From Chrysemys picta bellii (taxonomy: Eukaryota), in assembly GCF_011386835.1 (NCBI RefSeq), contig NC_088813.1, positions 13,516,001 to 13,580,000 on the forward strand: 64,000 bases of DNA. Direction: 5' to 3'. A program made the position numbers and the translations under genes. Positions 1 through 13,031 of the stretch are shown piece after piece. The notes under the pieces were generated by a model that ran no database searches, was not told where the DNA came from, and saw only the letters and a program-made list of their open reading frames with translations. Within the stretch, counting starts at the first letter, position 1. The number at the start of each line of letters is the position of its first letter.

Positions 1-1329
1 TTTAAATCTCACAATGCATGTTCAGAAGAGCAGGAAATTAAATCAGTATGTCAGATTACTGTTTTAGTGTACATGCACTATATGGTAAGCTGCAAGAATC
101 TTCATCTCCTTTCCTCCCCCTCTTCCCCCACTGTGCTCTCCACATTTCTGACAGAGTCTAAATGGTCCTTTTTCTTTCCACAGTGCCATTCTCTACTAAT
201 CCAGAGAATTAGAGTCTAGACCAGAAAAGATGAATCTGCATCTCCAGCACGGCAGTGCAGAGAACTGGGATGGTCATATAGTAAGTGACTAGACTATATA
301 GAACTATATATTATATGGGATGCTGGTGATGTGAATGGTTCTTTTTCAGCACTTACAAGTATTCTCCTGACTACTGTACTCTTCTCTCAATGAGGCATGC
401 AAAAGAGAAAGTATAGATTTTTTTTTACTTCCATGTAACTGTGTTAAATGGAAGCTAGGTGAAGAACACTCTCCATATCAACATTTCTATTTTAAACCTA
501 AAGAGACATAAAAAGCAGATATTCATGGTTAAAGTTTCAAATAATTTTATTTGTGAACAGTCATATTAAATCAAGAAAAATATTTTATTCTTACTATTAT
601 ATAGAAGTGAACACAGACCAAAAAGAAAACCAATAAGAATATCTGGAAGACTTAAGAACCTAAAGTGACAATGATTTTTAATCATGTCACAAAAGGAAAA
701 TAAGCAACCCCCTACCCAGCCCCACACAACAGGAAGATGAACTACTATTACAACAGAATGAATATCAATGCATGGCAGGTGCAACATGGATTCCTTATGT
801 GAAAATGGAGAAACATAATGCTAGCTTTTGCTAAACATGTGTGGTGACGTTCACTGGTGGCTGGAAACAGAAATGTTTGGCAACAAAATGATGAGGTCTT
901 TGTCCTGAAGTGGATATAAGACTGCACTGATGATGCTATAACCTCTTTATCCTTAGGCTACTGCTTGAACTAAAACCTTGGATTTGTCCGGATGTCAGTA
1001 ATATTTGTATCAGACTCCTTAAAAACGAATTTCAAATCAGAAGAGACTAGATGGCATACTTTATTGTGTCTGGAAAGCACCTTTCAAAGTCTGAAACACA
1101 TACCTGTTATTACTGACTTTTTAAAAATCCCATTCAGCCTTCTTGCCTTTCTGTGTAAGAAATGAACAATGAATTTATTAGCGAGAAGCTAGAGGTATTA
1201 CATTTACATATGAGCAAAGAATACATTTCTGAGCAGACTCAACTCGCTTGCTAGCAATCTTCATGATATACAGGTACAGTCGAATAAATACTCATCAGTA
1301 AGCAGATACTGAAGGGATGTGGCGCTATC

Positions 1330-2650
1330 AAATTGAATAGAGTCGAGATGCTCTCTTCCAGCTCCCTGAGCCGGTGTGAGACCCCGCTGAGGTGTGGACA
1401 GGGGGGATTTCTGTCTCTCCCCCGTCACAGGGAAGCGGGTTGAGAGAAGGATGGGATGGACACGCTGAGTGAGGGACCAGGGGCGCTCGAACGCTCAGTT
1501 CTCTCCGCAGCGGGGCCGGCCAGTCCCTCTCTCCGCCTCCTCCTGGCCGAGGGGACCAGCGCGGCACAAGGCGGCAGCAGCCCAAACTCCCAGTGGACAC
1601 CCGAGCTACCAGCCCCGGCGCCCGCACCACGGCCTTGGGGACGGGCGCTGTCACTCACCCCCACGCCCAGGCTGAACCGGTTGCTCAGCCATCGGGAACT
1701 GGGTAGGACTAGGGACGCCCGACGGGGCTAGAGTCGCCCGCCGAGCAAGGCCGGTACCTTCGGACTTCAGAGCCAGCGGTCCCCGATCGGCGCTGCCGCC
1801 CGCCTGGCTTAGCGGACAGAGCATCAGTGGCCGGGATCGGGCCACCGCGCCAGGCGGCTTGGCACGGGGCTGCCCCATCCCCGCAGCTCCGGCGCCGCTG
1901 TCCGCAGCCTCCCGTGTGCGGCTCCGCCCGGGACCGGTGTATCTGCACGAAACACAACCCTCCCCTTTTGCAACTGGGTGCAGTGTCTCCTTCCCCCTTC
2001 GCCGCCGCCGCGCTCCCGCTCCCCACCAGCCCTTTGTTGCCAGTCCCGGCCCTTTCCAGCAGCGCCCGGGCTACAAATGGCGCCCGCTCGGGTCCCCCTG
2101 CGAGCGCGGCTCGCTCGGGGCTGAAGCTCGGCTCCGGAGAGCGCCCGGGGCTGGGAGCGCCCGCCCGCCCGCTTCGGGTCCGCAGAGCCAGCCGCTGTCC
2201 GGGCGGGGGCCCGTTCAGCGCCCAGCGCCCAGTCCGCCCGGCTGCGGAGCCGCCACTTACCGGCTGGGTTCCGCGGGCTGCGGCGGCTGAGCCGGAGAGA
2301 GCGGGAGGTGGGTGCGGGATCCCCCAACCCCCGGGCTGGGGCTCTTTGCCGCTTGAATGCAATTTGCGGGTCCCGCCGCTCTTACCGCTGGAAGCCCGAA
2401 CGTGAGAGAAACAAAAGGTATTTGCTGACGTGGGCGTTGGACAGAGACGCCCGAGGGCTGGGGACACAATTAAAGGGGCAACGCACCGATTGCAGGCACA
2501 ACCCAGCAGCTTCCGCTGCTCGAGCTCGCCTTGCAGTGTGGGCTGCATTTTCCTCGTCTCGCACCCGCCGTCCCACATGCTCCCCAGGAGGGAACGTGAT
2601 GCCTAAAGCCCATTTTACACCCTCCGCCCCTCCATGCCCATTTCTGTAAG
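1330..2650 (-). promoter_or_regulatory. ZBTB8A: CpG island, probable promoter and non-coding first exon(s) of ZBTB8A
   Basis: Very GC/CpG-rich. Two strong minus-strand donors: CCG|GTAAGT (intron starts 2260) and GCG|GTAAGA (~2386). ZBTB8A lies downstream of ZBTB8B on the same strand in mammals. No ZBTB8A coding sequence is in the window, so the gene identity is inferred from synteny only. Confidence 0.55.
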
Positions 2651-5600
2651 CCTTCCCCCGGCAGAGGGTAAGAATGTCTAGACTAGTGCCCATCATGGCA
2701 CACAATGACAGGTGAGTGGGCTCTTTGGTTTAGGATATCAGCGAAAGACTCCTTTGCTTGATGTGAACAGGGAGGGTCCCTTCCACTTTCAAAATGAAAT
2801 GACATCTCTTGTTCGCAGTTGCAGAGACTGAGTAGCTCTCTCAGCACTATAGATTATGGAGTTTGAGGAGGATACAAGTCAACTTGTCACTTAATTTTCT
2901 TTTAAGCTATTTATTAGAATGTTTGGAATACAGATTATCATCATTTCACTTTCCTTGAAATGGGAATTGCAAATAATTATATGGATAGTGAAACTATAAA
3001 CATTTCTATGCCTTCCATTATAATTCCCACTGAAACTTTATACCCCACAAGAAAAGCACTGTGACAAATTACAGCACTGATTCAGAAAATCCCACAGGGC
3101 CACCAGCAAGCCATCTACTTAAATCATACACCTAACATATCTCTAGGAAGAGGAACAAAATCATACTATGTTCTCATTGTTAGCATAATATTTATTTAAT
3201 TTTTGTTTTGTTCTTTAGCTATAAAAGAACTGGACTACATACAACAATATAAACATATATAGTACATATACAATTTAACATACAATAAAGACATTCAGTA
3301 ATGCACCACTGTAGAAAAAAAGTTACAAAAAGCACTTAAAGATTTGTTCCCCATCCCTTAACAAGGGTAAACTGCTGCTGTGGTGGTAGGGGTCTACATA
3401 AATTCTTAACTTTGGTTTCATTTAGTTTTTACTCATCCACCTTGACACACACACAAGTCTCAGTCAGATACACTTGGAAACCTGGCAGCCAATGACAAAA
3501 TGTCAGCCACTTTCCTATTAGCAACTCTTGGGACATGTCCCGTTATAAATCTCCAAAGTTCTGCCTGTTTAGCATTGCTTTATCTATTGCACACTGAATT
3601 TTCTAGATATTGTGCTGGTATCTTTAGTCAGACACTGAAAAGACCCTAGCTTTAGATCGACACAGTGAGACTAGTGTCCCACATAGAACTATTGGCCCTC
3701 AGTGCTTATGGAACCAGGAGATAAGATGTCAGTTCTCCCACTTCCAAGATAAAAGGTTGCCTTAGTGGGTTTTTTTTTTTTTTTTTAATTTTGCACCTTA
3801 TTTGCTATTACATGGTGAAACAGAAATATTGGGGCACTTTTTAAAATGAGTCAAATTAAGAATACAGGAGAAATTTAACAGTTAATTCAACAGAAAATAG
3901 AATTTAAACAGTGAAAAATATACCAAGAATCAGACTTACAGAGAAAGTGGATAACACCAAAAAATTTCAGGCACAAAGCAGAGTTAGAATATAAACAAAG
4001 AATGTTTTCTTTATAGCAATTAATACTATAGTAAGGTTTACTTCTGGTTAAACCAGTTGATCAATTTCAAGACGATGCATTACCCAGTAACCTGCAGAAA
4101 ATGTTTGCAGCTGTATTGGTCTTAGAAAGTGGAAAAGATAAAAAACACCCTTTACTAGTCAAAAAGTAATTTACAGTACAGGATCCAATGGACAGACCTC
4201 TGCCTGAGTATTTTGACCCACTGAGGTTCTCAAGTTCACCCAGAGGAATTTACAGGATTGGCACTTGAGTTAGAAGCTTTCAGGCCAAAAAAGTTCCAAT
4301 GTCAAGTGCTGGCTCAAAAGCTGATGGATTAATTATTTCTTGATTTAGTGAACATTCTAGTGAACATTGGTTTAATACCTGCTGATAGGACCTTCTGAGC
4401 CCCAAAAGCTCCGGTATTCTAAATATGTTGATCCACTAGATGTCATATTATCCACCTTACCCAGTAATAAAAGTTTAAAAACATCTTAGCTATTGTAAGG
4501 CAAACTTTCTAAAGTTTGCATGTGAACAATATGTAGTGTGTTTTAGGGTTTTTTGTGGTTTTTGGTTCCCCCTCACCCCATTAGCTATTTGTTCTCAAAC
4601 AAGAAAATTGATTTGAATATCAGTGACACAGTCAATTACACTCAAATTAAGTTTTAGTGTTCACATGATAAACTTCTGTTTTCAGGGGTACTGAATAGCT
4701 AAAAGTTCAATGCATACTCAGTCTTACCATTAAGAGCTTGGAGAACTTTTCAAACGGATTTGGACCCTAATCCTTAAGATGCATGCTTAGCTTTATGCAT
4801 GTTACTAGTCTCCTAGTCAATAGGGCCACACATGTGCATAAAGTTAAATGTGTGCGTCAGTCTTTACAGGATCTGAGCCTTAGCCAGTTAAGTTACAAGC
4901 GTGATAGAAGTATGGTTTCATGTACTTTGATGGTTCTCTTGTAAGTCAAAAAATTCTGCATCATGTTTTGCAGATCCTTAGTTTAAAATGTGGAATACTG
5001 CCTCTAGGTATTTTGGGATGAATGTGTAAGTGGTTATGTACTGCATTTGTTGTTTTTAATCTGTTTCTGTGCATACACCATCTTCAAACAAAAATTTAGT
5101 AAGAAGCAAAAAAGTGTTATAGTCATTGTCAAGAGCCTGTGTTTTAAAGAGTGTTCGAATTGACACTGGCAGCAGAGAACACAGTAACTATGACCCTGAT
5201 CCTATAACAAGATCCATTTAGGTAGACTTGCATGCCTGCATGGAGCCATTGGCAGGATTGGAACTATATTTCTCTACTTACCTATATTCATTTAAGAACA
5301 AGTGAAATCTTAGGCTCCATTACATGATTTTAAACACCACCTCCACCTATTTAGCGTCTGCAACAGTCCAAAAACTGACTGAAACAGACAAAAATTGACT
5401 CAGTGAACTGATTATGGCATATTATGTTAATACTTTACACTTTCTAGTAAGGCTTTAAGATAAAAAAACACAACATACATTTAAGTTTATAACGTACATC
5501 AAAGTGAAGAGGGACACCCAATTTAAATTTTGCTCCAAATTTTAGTTTGTAAAGAAACTTTTACAGTCTGACCAACAAATGTTTCCTCACATTAATAATT

Positions 5601-6877
5601 CCAATGATAAAAGTTAGTTTTAAACATTTGAACAATGTTCATGGATGACTGAACTGCTAAAGGAGCACTCAAGGAAGATAAGGCCATTGTGGAGAAACTA
5701 AATGAATTCTTTGCATCAGTTTTCGCTGCAGAGGATGTGAGGGAGTTTCCCACACCTCAGCCATTCTTTTTAGCTGACAAATTTGAGGAACTGTCCCAGA
5801 TTGAGGTGTCATTAGAAGAGGTTTTGGAACAAATTTATAAATTAAACAGTAATAAGTCACCAGGACCAGATGGTATTCACTCAAGAGTTCTGAAGGAACT
5901 CAAATATGAAATTACAGAACTACTAGCTGTAGTATGTAACCTATCATTAAATCAGCTTCTGTACCAGATGATTGGAGGATAGCTAATGTGACACCAATTA
6001 AAAAAAAAAAAAAAAGTGCTCCACTGGCTATCCTGGCAATTACAGGCTGGTAAGCCTAACTTCAGTACCAGGCAAATAGGTTGAAACTATAGTAAATAAC
6101 AGAATTATCAGACACAGATGAACAACATTTGTTGAGGGAAGAGTCAACATGGTTTTGTAGAGGGAAATCATGTCTCACCAATCTATTAGAATTCTCTGAG
6201 CGGGGTCCACAAACATGGACAAGGGTGAACCGGTGGATACAGTGTACTTAGATTTTCAGAAAGCCTTTGACAAGGTCCCTCACCAAAGGTTCTTAAGCAA
6301 AGTAAGGAGTCCTGGGATAAGAGGGAAGGCTCTCTCATCGATCAGTAACTTGTTAAAAGACAGGAAAGTAGGAATAAATGGCCAGTTTTCAGAATAGAGA
6401 GAGGCAAATAGTGGTGTCCCATGGGTCTGTGCCGGGACCAGTGCTATTCAACATATTCATAAATGATCTGGAAAAAGGGGTAAACAGTGAGGTGGTAAAA
6501 TTTGCAGACAATACAAAATTACTCACAACAGTTAAGTCTAAAGCAGACTGCAAAGAATTACAAAGGAATCTCACAAAACTGGGTGACGGGACAACAAAAT
6601 GTCAGATGAAATTCAATGTTGATAAATGCAAAGTAATGCACATTGGAAAACATAATCCCAACTATACATCTAAAATGAGGGGTCTAAATTAGCTGTTATC
6701 ACTCAATACAAATCTTGGTGTCATCATGGATAGTTCCCTGAAAACATCCACTCTGTGCAACAACAGTCAAAAACAACAGAAAGTTAGGAACCACAAGGAA
6801 AGGGATAGATAAGAAGACAGAAAATACCATAATGCCTCTATATAAATCCATAGTAAACCCACATCTTGAATACTGCA

Positions 6878-7013
6878 NNNNNNNNNNNNNNNNNNNNNNN
6901 NNNNNNNNNNNNNNNNNNNNNNNNNNNNNNNNNNNNNNNNNNNNNNNNNNNNNNNNNNNNNNNNNNNNNNNNNNNNNNNNNNNNNNNNNNNNNNNNNNNN
7001 NNNNNNNNNNNNN
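6878..7013. other. Assembly gap (136 N)
   Basis: Run of N inside the CR1 element. Confidence 1.
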
Positions 7014-7080
7014 AGAAGGGCAACAAAAATTATTAGGGGTATGAAACAGCTTCTGTATGAGGAGAGATTAAAAAGACTGG

Positions 7081-7199
7081 AACAATATATGTTCCATTCT
7101 ATATGCATCCGAAGAAGTGGGCTGTAGTCCACGAAAGCTTATGCTCTAATAAATTTGTTAGTCTCTAAGGTGCCACAAGTCCTCCTGTTCTTCTTTTTT
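7081..7199 (+). mobile_element. Penelope-type terminal-repeat insertion (family A) nested in CR1
   Basis: Nearly identical to the copy at 25149-25243. Flanked by 12-bp duplication TAAAAAGACTGG (7069-7080 and 7200-7211). Confidence 0.8.
7105..7144 (+). ncRNA. Minimal type I hammerhead ribozyme motif (family A)
   Basis: GCAT-CCGAAGA-A-GTGGG/CTGTAG/TCCAC-GAA-AGCT-T-ATGC. Stem I GCAU:AUGC, 5-bp stem II, palindromic AGCU stem III; core has a U4C variant. Confidence 0.7.
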
Positions 7200-9753
7200 T
7201 AAAAAGACTGGGACATTTTAACTTGGAAAAGAACACTAAGAGGGATATGATAGAGCTCTATGAAACCTTGACTGGTGTGGAGAAAATGAATAAGGAAATG
7301 TTATTTACTCCTTCACAAGAACTAGGGGTCATCCAACGAAATTAGTAGGTAGCAGGTTTAAAACAAACAAAAGAACATAACTTCTTTACACAACGCATAG
7401 TCAACTTCATTGCCAGGGGATGTTGTGAAGGCCAAAAGTATAACTAGGTTCAAAAGAGAACTAGATAAGTTCCTGGAGAATTGGTCCATCAGTGACTATC
7501 AGCCATGATGGGCAGGGATGCAATGCCATGCTCTGAGTTTCACTAGCCTCTGTCAGAAGCTGGGAGTGGACAATAGGGGATGTGTCACACAATGACCACC
7601 TGTTCTGTTCATTCTCTCTGAAGCCCCTGGCACTGGCCATTGTTGGAAGACGGGATATTGGGCTAGATGGAACTTTAGTCTGACCCAGTATGGCCGTTCT
7701 TATGTTCTTAATAATTCCCATGCACTGTTTGAAACCCAAACATTGCAGCTCTAAGACCCCTGAATAAACAAAAGTTTTCAGTCTAAACTGGGAGACATTT
7801 AAAAAGTAAACTGGGTTTCTTAAATTTTCACTTAATCTAAGGGGTTACAAAGCAACATAGGTAAATACATTTAAAAAAAAAATCAATCATACTTAATCTG
7901 GATTTTTAAAAACCTATTATTGTTACAAGCATCATCCAATAGGTTACTATCACAGAAAGAGATTAGGAGGGAAATTATGTATCTGTTTTTTGCAGTTTAT
8001 TATGTGCATTTGACAACATAGTCAGTTTCACTGTTTCCCCAGAGAGTTGTGCAGGATCCCCCCACAGCAACAGGGGAAAGAAAAGTTCTTTAAAAAAATA
8101 AAAATTAAAAATGAAACTATGATTGTAAAACCATAAAAGTTATTAGGAAGAATCAGTAGTACCTGAAAACCCTTAAAAAAAATTGACTAGCTTTTAAAGT
8201 TGATAGCATCCTTTTAATCTTTCCTTGCCATGAATTTGATTTTTGCTTGCATAATGCCCATTGCCAGCAGTGGATGGATTGAATGTCTGGGAATTAAAAA
8301 TTGAGTGTGAGCCTTAACTTGGAGTTTCCTCGATTTGGTCAACTGGTCTATGTTTTATAAAGCATACCCCTCTCAACTAAGTTTACTTTCTACACAAGGC
8401 CAATAGGTTCCAGACTCCTCCAGGTATCCACTGATGTAGTTAAATCAGCTGTTCAAATAAGGCTCAGCTCATAAGTGTGTCTGTTAATTAGGCAGACTAC
8501 ATTTAAAAGGACTCCAGCTATAAAGTTACCGTTCAAATTTCAGACAAATGAAATGATTCAGATTTGGAAGATTAATATTTACAAGTTCAATGCACCATTA
8601 ATATCATTGCAGCATGTATTTCTTTAGTGAAAAACAGTGCAATTATGTGCAAATAAATTAAGTATACTCCTAAATAACGTAAATTATGTAGAGCTAAGAA
8701 TTTAAGATATGTAGTTTCGTGGCCTTTTAAAAACTTTGAAAGAAAAGAACACATCAGAAACAAGCCTATTAAGAACATTTTCTTTGATTCTTCATTCAGC
8801 ACCATATGAATATTCTTTAGAACAGAAGTGTCACTTTCTCAAAGCTTGTAAAGGCTGGCTTTACATGGAAGATTTCAAGGAAACATCATGGAATTGGGTG
8901 GGAAGCACAGCAAACATAGATCTACATAAACATCTGTCACAAGAAACTGAATAAAGCATAACCTTTTCTACTAAACACAGAGGCTGAATTAAGGACCCAC
9001 TGAGAAACAAAGTGGCACGCTATGACAGATCAACAGAAATTGCAATTTTGCTGGTCACTTTCAAACTGCAATGTGATTGGAATCTCTCTCCCACCCCACC
9101 CATTGCCCCAACATTACACAAAACTTAACAGTTTCATTCTCTATGCACAAGACACACAACAAAAATTTCTAAAACCAAATGAAGCAGGCTGAATTCAAAC
9201 AGCTGAAGGTCACTGCAGTATTTCCCACAGCTCTTAAATCCACTGCATACATGCCTTCACAAGAGCACTGATTTTCCTCTTCTGAAGGTCTTCACAATTT
9301 CAGAGTTCACTAGTACATGCCTCAACATAGTTCTACAGTGTTTCTCTGATAAGCTAAATCACCAGAAAGATGCATTGTAACACACTATCCAGCACCATAT
9401 CCAATGAATATTCCAAGTCTAGTGGCCTCTAATATTTACACTGAAGCGGCACCTCTCTGCCAGAATGACCATAGAGATCAGGATGTCATACTAATGAAAA
9501 GTTAGGATGACTATTTACATTCCTACCCCACCTTCATTATGCAACTCAGTCCTCAGTTGTCAAAACTATGAGGACTCCTTTTCAAATGTTCTTACACAAA
9601 GTCCTTTGCTCGTCTGATAAGCAGATATCAGAGAATACCATCGTGAACTTGGGTTGGCTGGGCAGAAACAGAAGTAATCAAAAAGACCACCCCCCCATGG
9701 GATTATAGATAGGATTTTCAAAAGTGCTTATGTGATCTAGAAGCCCACCCTAT

Positions 9754-9931
9754 GGGCCAGATTTTCAAAAGTGTTTAGCACCCAAAATTGAAGTTGGATG
9801 TTCAGGAGAGCTCAGTTCCCATTTAGGGTCGTCAATGAAGTGGCCAGGGCTCTTTTGTAGATCCAGACACTCACTCAGGTGCCTAAATATGAGCTGCTGG
9901 TAGTCGCTTAGTTCTTTGGAAAATCTGGCCC
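9754..9931. mobile_element. MITE with terminal inverted repeats
   Basis: GGGCCAGATTTTCAAAAG ... CTTTGGAAAATCTGGCCC. Confidence 0.7.
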
Positions 9932-12128
9932 GAATATTAATTTGCTGTGCTGATGAAACTATGACATAATTGTTCAGACACCAACTCCAATGTATAAACA
10001 ATAGGAAAAAAGGACTATTGGAGAGGTTTTGTAACAAACTAGAAAACAAATACAAATAGCTTATTTTTAACAGTACGTTGCTCCCCTCAATTTAAGTTAC
10101 AGAAAATAAACCCAGCAAGAAATGAAATATCTTCCAGAAAGAGAGCGCTCAAAGTAAGACTTTAAGTTTTGGGGAGACATTTCAAACAACTCTATTTACC
10201 TTTGATTTTTTTTTTTTGGTTGGATTTTTTTTTGCTACTTTGCTAGTAATTCAAGATAAACAGAGGCTTGTTTCATTTTTATTCATCCTCTTTGATCTTG
10301 CAATGAAGTCATGCTGCCGCATTTGTGATATCAGAATCACTTCTGTACAAGTAGATTGTGATATCACACCAGGATTATTGCCTTGCTACAGGATGAAGCA
10401 AATAAAGAAGCTGAACCGTGGGGCAGAATGTTCTTATCCAATATGTGAAATAATAGCACGAGGTATACAGAAAATGACTGGTTAAATCATCTGCTTTTTA
10501 TATAAAAATGTTCCATTTTATGTTTGCTCAATGTAAAGTCTTCTTTAAAACATAAGAAAGGAAAACTGTCTTTTTAACTGAGATGATCTTCCTGTGTCAG
10601 TGATGTCTGTCTGCGATCTTCTGTTCTAGCACTTGATCCAGAAAGTGAGGCCCAAATGCAATGCTTTTCATTAAACATTTACGAACAAGTTAGAACGTAC
10701 TATCTCCGTACAGTATGCACCTTCACTGCACAGAATCCTTCAATATTGTAACTTCTTTAGCCTTAAGTTTAGCAGTAGCTTACCCAAGAGCTCTATACAG
10801 TTTCCCAGCTAATTTCATAGTCTACCGCAATTTGGTACTGGACAGGTAAATTAAATAAAGTAATCTCACCTCCTTCAAAAGCCAACTTGTATCTGTCCAA
10901 CAAGGAAAACGCAGAGTCCAAGTTGGAATTTTAACAAGAGACAGTACCTGGATGAATTCATAAGACAATGAAAGGGTACAAACCATTATAGGAATCATCA
11001 AAGACTATTTTTGATTATATACGAAGAAAAATCTCATTAGGAAAGGGGAAGTTTGCATACAGGGAGTCTCTAATTTTACAAGGGGGTCTCACCTGGCTTC
11101 TTCAAAAACAGTTTGCAGGGATGGTGTTATATATGTAGTCCAGATTTTTTTTTGGAATTGTACTTCAGCTAGATCAGCGGTAAATCTGACTATTTAATCT
11201 ACTAAAGAAATGACTTTTCTAGATTGCTAGGTTATAACTTCTACTTTAAATGGTTGAAAAGAGGTGGGCAGTGCACTTAGTCTTGCTTCAGTAACCAGTG
11301 CACTTTGGACACTATTTTACTAGATCATAGAATAAATATTCTGTGTAGTTCTCAGGCCTGGACTACTGTTTTATGGGCATTAAAGATAGACCAGAAGAAT
11401 CACAGCCAAAGCTCTCTTGTTCTCCAGGGATGGAAATGCAGTGAAAACTGCCCAAAAATAGAAGCTTGCTCTCTAAGTACATATATGAACAAACATGTGT
11501 GAAGATTCTCTACTGAATATGCTTCCCTCTGTAGCATATTTGTTATCCTGGTAATTTACTGTGGTTTCCAGGTCAAATCCTATTCTAAAGTTTTAAGATT
11601 AAACAAACAGTTAGAATTTACAGTTTCAGATAGGACTTTCCTAGCATAAGAGGGACAAGATTGCAAAACAGTTTAGAGAAGTCCAAGGTTAAGGATGAAA
11701 ACTACATTTATTTTCTCCACATCTCTTCCTAGAAAGATGATGGTTGGCCCCTTGAGACCAGGATTGAGGGACCATGGCAGCATTGTGAGAGGAAACTCAG
11801 TATCAAATGATCATGATGATCCTTCACCTGCAAAGAGCGTTATCCTTCCCTCATAGCCAGGGTACAGAAGCACAACACGTGATTGCAAGGAGACAGCCTC
11901 TGCTCTCCCAGGATAGAAAATTCCCTCAGAATTCTAGTGCACAGCACTGAAAAGTTAAAAAATATTTCAAAATTCCAAAATCCAGTTCTTCCCACCTGTT
12001 CTATCAAAACTGGAATTTAGTAATAAAAAACACACAGTTCCACAAAACTGGTTAAATATGCAGTTTTCTGCTGCAGAATGACCAATCACAGGGGAGACAC
12101 TTTAAATCCGCCAACCCTCCTTTTGTTA

Positions 12129-12440
12129 CTACATAAGTGCCTCTCGGTCTGATAAGCTTCTATGGATCTCCTGCTTATCATCAGCATCATCATCATCAGC
12201 TGGATCATTTTCCTCACCAGATTCGACATATATAGGCCAATCATTGTCTGTATCACCCTTTTCTTGACCTTCTGATGAAGGTTCCATCAGACTGAGGTTA
12301 ATGGGCATTGAATCCTCATGCGTAGTCGTTACACAAGTGCAGCTGTCACACAAGCCAAAGCGCCGTAATCCCTGCGATAGGCTACTTGTGAACGTTCTTC
12401 TGCAACCCTTGCAGATAATTGGCTTGTTTGATCGGTGCAC
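12129..12440 (-). CDS. ZBTB8B: ZBTB8B last coding exon
   Basis: Acceptor cag|GTG. VHRSNKPIICKGCRRTF...DNDWPIYVESGEENDP...stop TAG matches the ZBTB8B C-terminus. Confidence 0.97.
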   Translation of the reverse strand: MHRSNKPIICKGCRRTFTSSLSQGLRRFGLCDSCTCVTTTHEDSMPINLSLMEPSSEGQEKGDTDNDWPIYVESGEENDPADDDDADDKQEIHRSLSDREALM

Positions 12441-12852
12441 CTGATCAATGAGAAATAGAACATCATTGTAAATTGGCCGGCCTATCTTGCTGTTCTATTC
12501 CTTTTGGGGGATGCTGCTTCCATATATTCCAAGATGAAACACACAACAGCATTTACCAAACTTGCAGGGCAAATGATCACATCACCTTTCTAAGAACAAA
12601 GGTTTTGGACTAAAACAGTTGTATTACATTAAATGTCAATTTCTTAGTCTTAACCATTGCCCAGTTAACCTTACATATTGGGAGCAGAATCATTCTATCC
12701 TCTACTGTACTTTAGAACAGCCTTATATCAAAATGTGATACATATACATTATTTACACAGATCAGCATAATGACTGAGAAACACTGAATACAGGAGTTTA
12801 CTATTTATTTTTAAGTCTGCTTCTGACAGATATCTGCTTTTATCAAACTTAC

Positions 12853-13031
12853 ACTCAGAGCATGACTCCGAAGGTGCTCCTGCCGGGTGAAGCGTTTGCC
12901 ACACGTCTCACAAGGGTAGGGTCTCTCCCCTGTATGAGAGCGAATGTGCCGTTTTAGTATTCCCTTCTGCTTAGCCGTGTAGGGACAGAACGGGCATTTG
13001 TGGAGCTTGATTGGCACAACTAACACATCAC
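12853..13031 (-). CDS. ZBTB8B: ZBTB8B zinc-finger exon (two C2H2 fingers)
   Basis: aag|GT GAT...AGT|gtaagt. [60 protein letters not shown]. Phases are consistent (179 nt). Confidence 0.97.

Larger units (their letters stand above)
5660..7710 (+). mobile_element. CR1 LINE, 5'-truncated, degenerate ORF2 (RT) plus 3' end
   Basis: ORF fragments EKLNEFFASVF, NKSPGPDGIH, YLDFQKAFDKVPH, GPVLFNIFINDL, KFADNTKL, MKFNVDKCKVMHIG. Ends in GTTCTTATGTTCTTA tail. Contains the N gap and a nested Penelope-type repeat. Confidence 0.95.

Noticed and set aside
1328-2705. Many overlapping ORFs of 70-290 aa
   Set aside because: CpG-island stop-codon depletion; no recognisable domain.
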